From Minisyncoccia bacterium (GTDB lineage Bacteria > Patescibacteriota > Minisyncoccia > SW-4-49-11), in NCBI GenBank assembly GCA_044341565.1, contig JBIIRM010000002.1, forward strand, positions 65,812 through 129,811: a DNA stretch of 64,000 bases. The letters run 5' to 3'. Positions 61,027-64,000 of this stretch are shown in pieces. A program made the translations under genes and the position numbers. The notes below the pieces were generated by a model. The model did not search any database and was not told the origin of the DNA. It saw only the letters and a program-made list of their open reading frames with translations. Position 1 is the stretch's first letter. Each line of letters begins with the position of its first letter.

Positions 61027-62049
61027 ATGAAATCAAATAATAATTATAGTGTAAATATTAATCTGTATTCTCTTTTCCAAGTCCTATTAGTTCTTGGCGG
61101 ATTATGGCTGGCATTTATACTGAGGAATGTTATTGTACTTACTGTTTTAGCTTTTATTATCTCATCAGGTATTATATTAGGGGCAAAAAAATTGAATAAA
61201 GTATTACGTATTCCTTATACGTTGGGTGTGATTTTTGTGATATCAGTATTAGCAGCTATTGTAGCACTGTTAATAGAGCTTATTATCCCAACTATTAGTA
61301 GTGAATTAAGAGGTCTTGTTGATAAATCTCCTGAATTATTTGATCAATTAAATACGACTATTGGGAGTGTTTTGAATATTAGTGATTTTAATATTACTCA
61401 ATTTTTCAATACGGGGGGTACTGCCAATATAGGAGAAATTACTTGGAATATTGTGACTGGAGTATTCTTTACTACCAAGAATATTCTTAATACCTTTTTA
61501 TATATTGGATTTTTTGCTATTACAACTTTTTATATGGCAATTCGACCACAGAATTTGAATGAGCTCATACAATTTTTATTCCCCAAAAAACAACATAAAA
61601 CAGTTGTTACTAATATTGAATTAGCTCGTACAAAGGTTGGATCTTGGTTATTAGGACAATGTTTAATTTCTCTTATATTAGCCAGTGTAACCTATCCAGC
61701 CCTATTATTATTAGAAGTACCATTCCCATTATTATTAGCGGTAATTGCGGCAGTATTTAATCTTATTCCTATTATAGGTCCAATTTTATCATCAGTTCCT
61801 GCCATTATATTAGCTCTAGCTAATGGATTTCAATTTGCAGTTATTGTAGGATTATTTTATCTTGTAATTCAGCAAATAGATGGAAATTTTATGACACCAC
61901 TTATTATGAGAAAAGTGACAGGAATTCATCCTCTTATTGTGATGATTGTAATTTTACTTGGAACCTCTCTAGCAGGAGCTCTTGGGGCTCTTATTGCAGT
62001 GCCCGTAGTATCTGTCTTGTCAATTTTTATTAAAGAATTAGAAGACTAA
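61027..62049 (+). CDS. AI-2E family (UPF0118/PerM-like) transporter
   Basis: Eight TM helices, conserved NLIPIIGPILSSVPAIILAL region. Confidence 0.8.
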   Translation: MKSNNNYSVNINLYSLFQVLLVLGGLWLAFILRNVIVLTVLAFIISSGIILGAKKLNKVLRIPYTLGVIFVISVLAAIVALLIELIIPTISSELRGLVDKSPELFDQLNTTIGSVLNISDFNITQFFNTGGTANIGEITWNIVTGVFFTTKNILNTFLYIGFFAITTFYMAIRPQNLNELIQFLFPKKQHKTVVTNIELARTKVGSWLLGQCLISLILASVTYPALLLLEVPFPLLLAVIAAVFNLIPIIGPILSSVPAIILALANGFQFAVIVGLFYLVIQQIDGNFMTPLIMRKVTGIHPLIVMIVILLGTSLAGALGALIAVPVVSVLSIFIKELED

Positions 62050-62050
62050 T

Positions 62051-63349
62051 ATGGCATATATTGAAGCAGGTATTATTATTGTATTACAAATAGTGATTAT
62101 TGTAATATTATTGACTCGTAAAAGTAATGTAGGAGGAGATTTTGCTAATATTCTAGCTCGTACAGAAAAAATCCTCAAGGATGATATACAATTATCCCGT
62201 AAAGACTCTCGTGAATTAGCCCAAGAGGGGAGAATAGAGCTTGGGAATAATCTCAATACCTTTGGGAATTCTTTACTCAAAAGAATTCATGAGTCATCTA
62301 TTATGCAAAAAAGCCAATTAGAAATATTTTCTCAGCAATTGGTTTCTCTCACTAAACAAAATGAAACTAAATTAGATAGTATTAGAGAAACTGTTGAGAA
62401 GAGATTAACCGAATTACAAAAAGACAATAATCAAAAACTTGAGAAAATGCGAGAGACAGTAGATGAAAAATTACAATCTACTCTCGAGAAGCGATTAGCT
62501 CAATCATTCCAATCAGTAAGTGAGCGATTAGAGCAAGTACATAAGGGGCTTGGGGAAATGCAAAATTTAGCTGTGGGAGTTGGGGATCTCAAAAAAGTAT
62601 TATCTAATGTTAAAACTCGTGGAACTTGGGGAGAAGTTCAACTCGGTAATCTCTTAGAGCAAATTCTTACCAAAGAGCAATATCAGGCTAATGTCGCCAC
62701 CAAAAAAGACTCAAAAGATGTGGTAGAATATGCTATCAAATTACCTGGTAAAGATAAGAATCTTAATCATATTTGGCTACCAATTGATGCCAAATTCCCT
62801 ATAGAGGATTATCAGAGATTAATTGAAGCCGAAGATGCCAATGATAGACCAGCTATTGATGCTGCCAATAAAGCTATTGAGAAGAGACTCAAAGATGAAG
62901 GAAAGAAAATACAAACCAAATATATTGACCCTCCTCATACCACAGATTTTGCTATTCTGTTTATTCCTATTGAAGGATTATATGCCCAATTACTCAAAAT
63001 TCCAGGATTAGTAGAGTCAATACAGCGAGAATATCGAGTTATGATTACAGGACCTACTACAATTACCGCAATACTTAATAGTCTTCAAATGGGATTCAGA
63101 ACCCTTGCTATAGAACAGCAATCGAGTGAAATATGGCAAACTTTATCTGAGGTAAAAACTGAATTTGGACGATTTGGAGAAATATTAGAGAGAACACAGA
63201 AAAAATTACAAGAAGCATCTAATCAAATTGATGCAGGAGCAACCCGAGCTCGGGCAATTGAGCGTAAACTCAAAAATGTGGATACCTATGAAATTGGAAA
63301 GGCAGAAGTTGATTTGATAGAAACTGCCGAAACAGAATTAGAGGCTTAA
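62051..63349 (+). CDS. rmuC: DNA recombination protein RmuC
   Basis: N-terminal TM, long coiled coil, then TRGTWGEVQLGNLLEQILT RmuC signature. Confidence 0.85.
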   Translation: MAYIEAGIIIVLQIVIIVILLTRKSNVGGDFANILARTEKILKDDIQLSRKDSRELAQEGRIELGNNLNTFGNSLLKRIHESSIMQKSQLEIFSQQLVSLTKQNETKLDSIRETVEKRLTELQKDNNQKLEKMRETVDEKLQSTLEKRLAQSFQSVSERLEQVHKGLGEMQNLAVGVGDLKKVLSNVKTRGTWGEVQLGNLLEQILTKEQYQANVATKKDSKDVVEYAIKLPGKDKNLNHIWLPIDAKFPIEDYQRLIEAEDANDRPAIDAANKAIEKRLKDEGKKIQTKYIDPPHTTDFAILFIPIEGLYAQLLKIPGLVESIQREYRVMITGPTTITAILNSLQMGFRTLAIEQQSSEIWQTLSEVKTEFGRFGEILERTQKKLQEASNQIDAGATRARAIERKLKNVDTYEIGKAEVDLIETAETELEA

Positions 63350-64000
63350 ACTTTTGAGTATACCAGCCCCTACAATAGCAGCTGTCTCAGCTCGCAATAT
63401 ATTGGGGTTGAATGATACTGCCATATAAGAATATTGAGATACTAATTCAGCATATTCTTTTTGAGAAAATCCACCCTCAGGACCTATTAGTAAATTGATA
63501 TCAGAATGATTTTCAATATCAATACTATGAATAGGTATAGGTTTATTATATTGAGTATCCCCAATGAGATTGAGACTATTTGGTGTATACGTAATTTGGT
63601 TTAATTCCTGTATAGTAAGAGTAGGGAAATATACTTGTTCAGATTGTTTGCAGGCAGTACTTATAATAGTATTCCAACGATTTTGTTTAGATAGAATATC
63701 CTTTAGGTTAATTTGGGCATAATCAGTTTTGGTAATAATAATTTCATCAACTCCCATCTCAGTTAATTTTTGTATAATTAATTCTAATAAGGGGATTTTG
63801 ATAATACTTACAATTACCCGAATAGAGAGCTTTGTCTTCTTAGTTGAGAAGGATTCAATAATTTCTGTTTGAAATGGCTTTAGAGAGCTTATTTTGAGAT
63901 TATAAAGAGTACCTTTACCATCAGTTGCCTGTACAATTTCATTCGGCTTGAGGCGTAATACATTGGTTATATGATGAATTTCATCTTGTATAAGACTTTG
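63338..64000 (-). CDS. rsmE: 16S rRNA (uracil1498-N3)-methyltransferase RsmE, N-terminus runs off the window
   Basis: C-terminal LLIGPEGGFSQKEYAEL...ILRAETAAIVGAGIL. The open frame continues without a stop to position 64000 (N-terminal HHITNVLRLKPNEIV PUA-like region). Confidence 0.8.
   Translation of the reverse strand, partial: QSLIQDEIHHITNVLRLKPNEIVQATDGKGTLYNLKISSLKPFQTEIIESFSTKKTKLSIRVIVSIIKIPLLELIIQKLTEMGVDEIIITKTDYAQINLKDILSKQNRWNTIISTACKQSEQVYFPTLTIQELNQITYTPNSLNLIGDTQYNKPIPIHSIDIENHSDINLLIGPEGGFSQKEYAELVSQYSYMAVSFNPNILRAETAAIVGAGILKSLSL

Overview
This 64 kb window is from an AT-rich (roughly one-third GC), very gene-dense bacterial chromosome. Many features point to a streamlined CPR/Patescibacteria-like organism (Saccharibacteria-type): prepilin-motif proteins (GFTLLE/GFTIAEL), patchy central metabolism (a lone GAPDH), and a short MurF. 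That lineage assignment is inference, not proof.

Most of the window is housekeeping:
- Replication and repair: ligA, topA, mutM, rmuC, xseB, a photolyase-related protein.
- Cell wall and division: murG, murC, uppS, mltG, then a separate mraZ-rsmH-ftsL-ftsI-murF block.
- Translation and tRNA modification: tsaD, mnmA, aspS, rsmE, four tRNAs (Ser-GCT, Ile-GAT, Pro-TGG, Ser-TGA).
- C1 metabolism: folD-glyA. Other genes include gap, gmk, msrA, plsC, a Nudix hydrolase, a nitroreductase, dCMP deaminase, a VIT1 iron transporter and an AI-2E transporter.

Four accessory or unusual regions stand out:
- Three secreted cell-wall enzymes share one unnamed ~60-aa tandem repeat module: an RlpA/DPBB-like protein, an Amidase_2/PGRP amidase and an S8 subtilase.
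- An 8-gene membrane/secreted cluster contains a PrgI-family protein and a TrbL/VirB6-like polytopic protein but no ATPase, suggesting a type IV secretion-like or other cell-surface apparatus.
- Type IV pilin-like genes, including one pilin fused to a beta-propeller (SBBP-like) repeat domain.
- Two GC-rich, hairpin-dense intergenic islands (about 12.59 kb and 21.52-21.88 kb) that look like structured RNAs of unassigned class, plus a 19-bp tRNA-Ser 3'-end direct repeat bracketing a hairpin-rich 180-bp segment (possible integration scar).

A glycosyltransferase/Wzz-like polysaccharide cluster is also present. Several consensus sigma70-like promoters and rho-independent terminators are visible.
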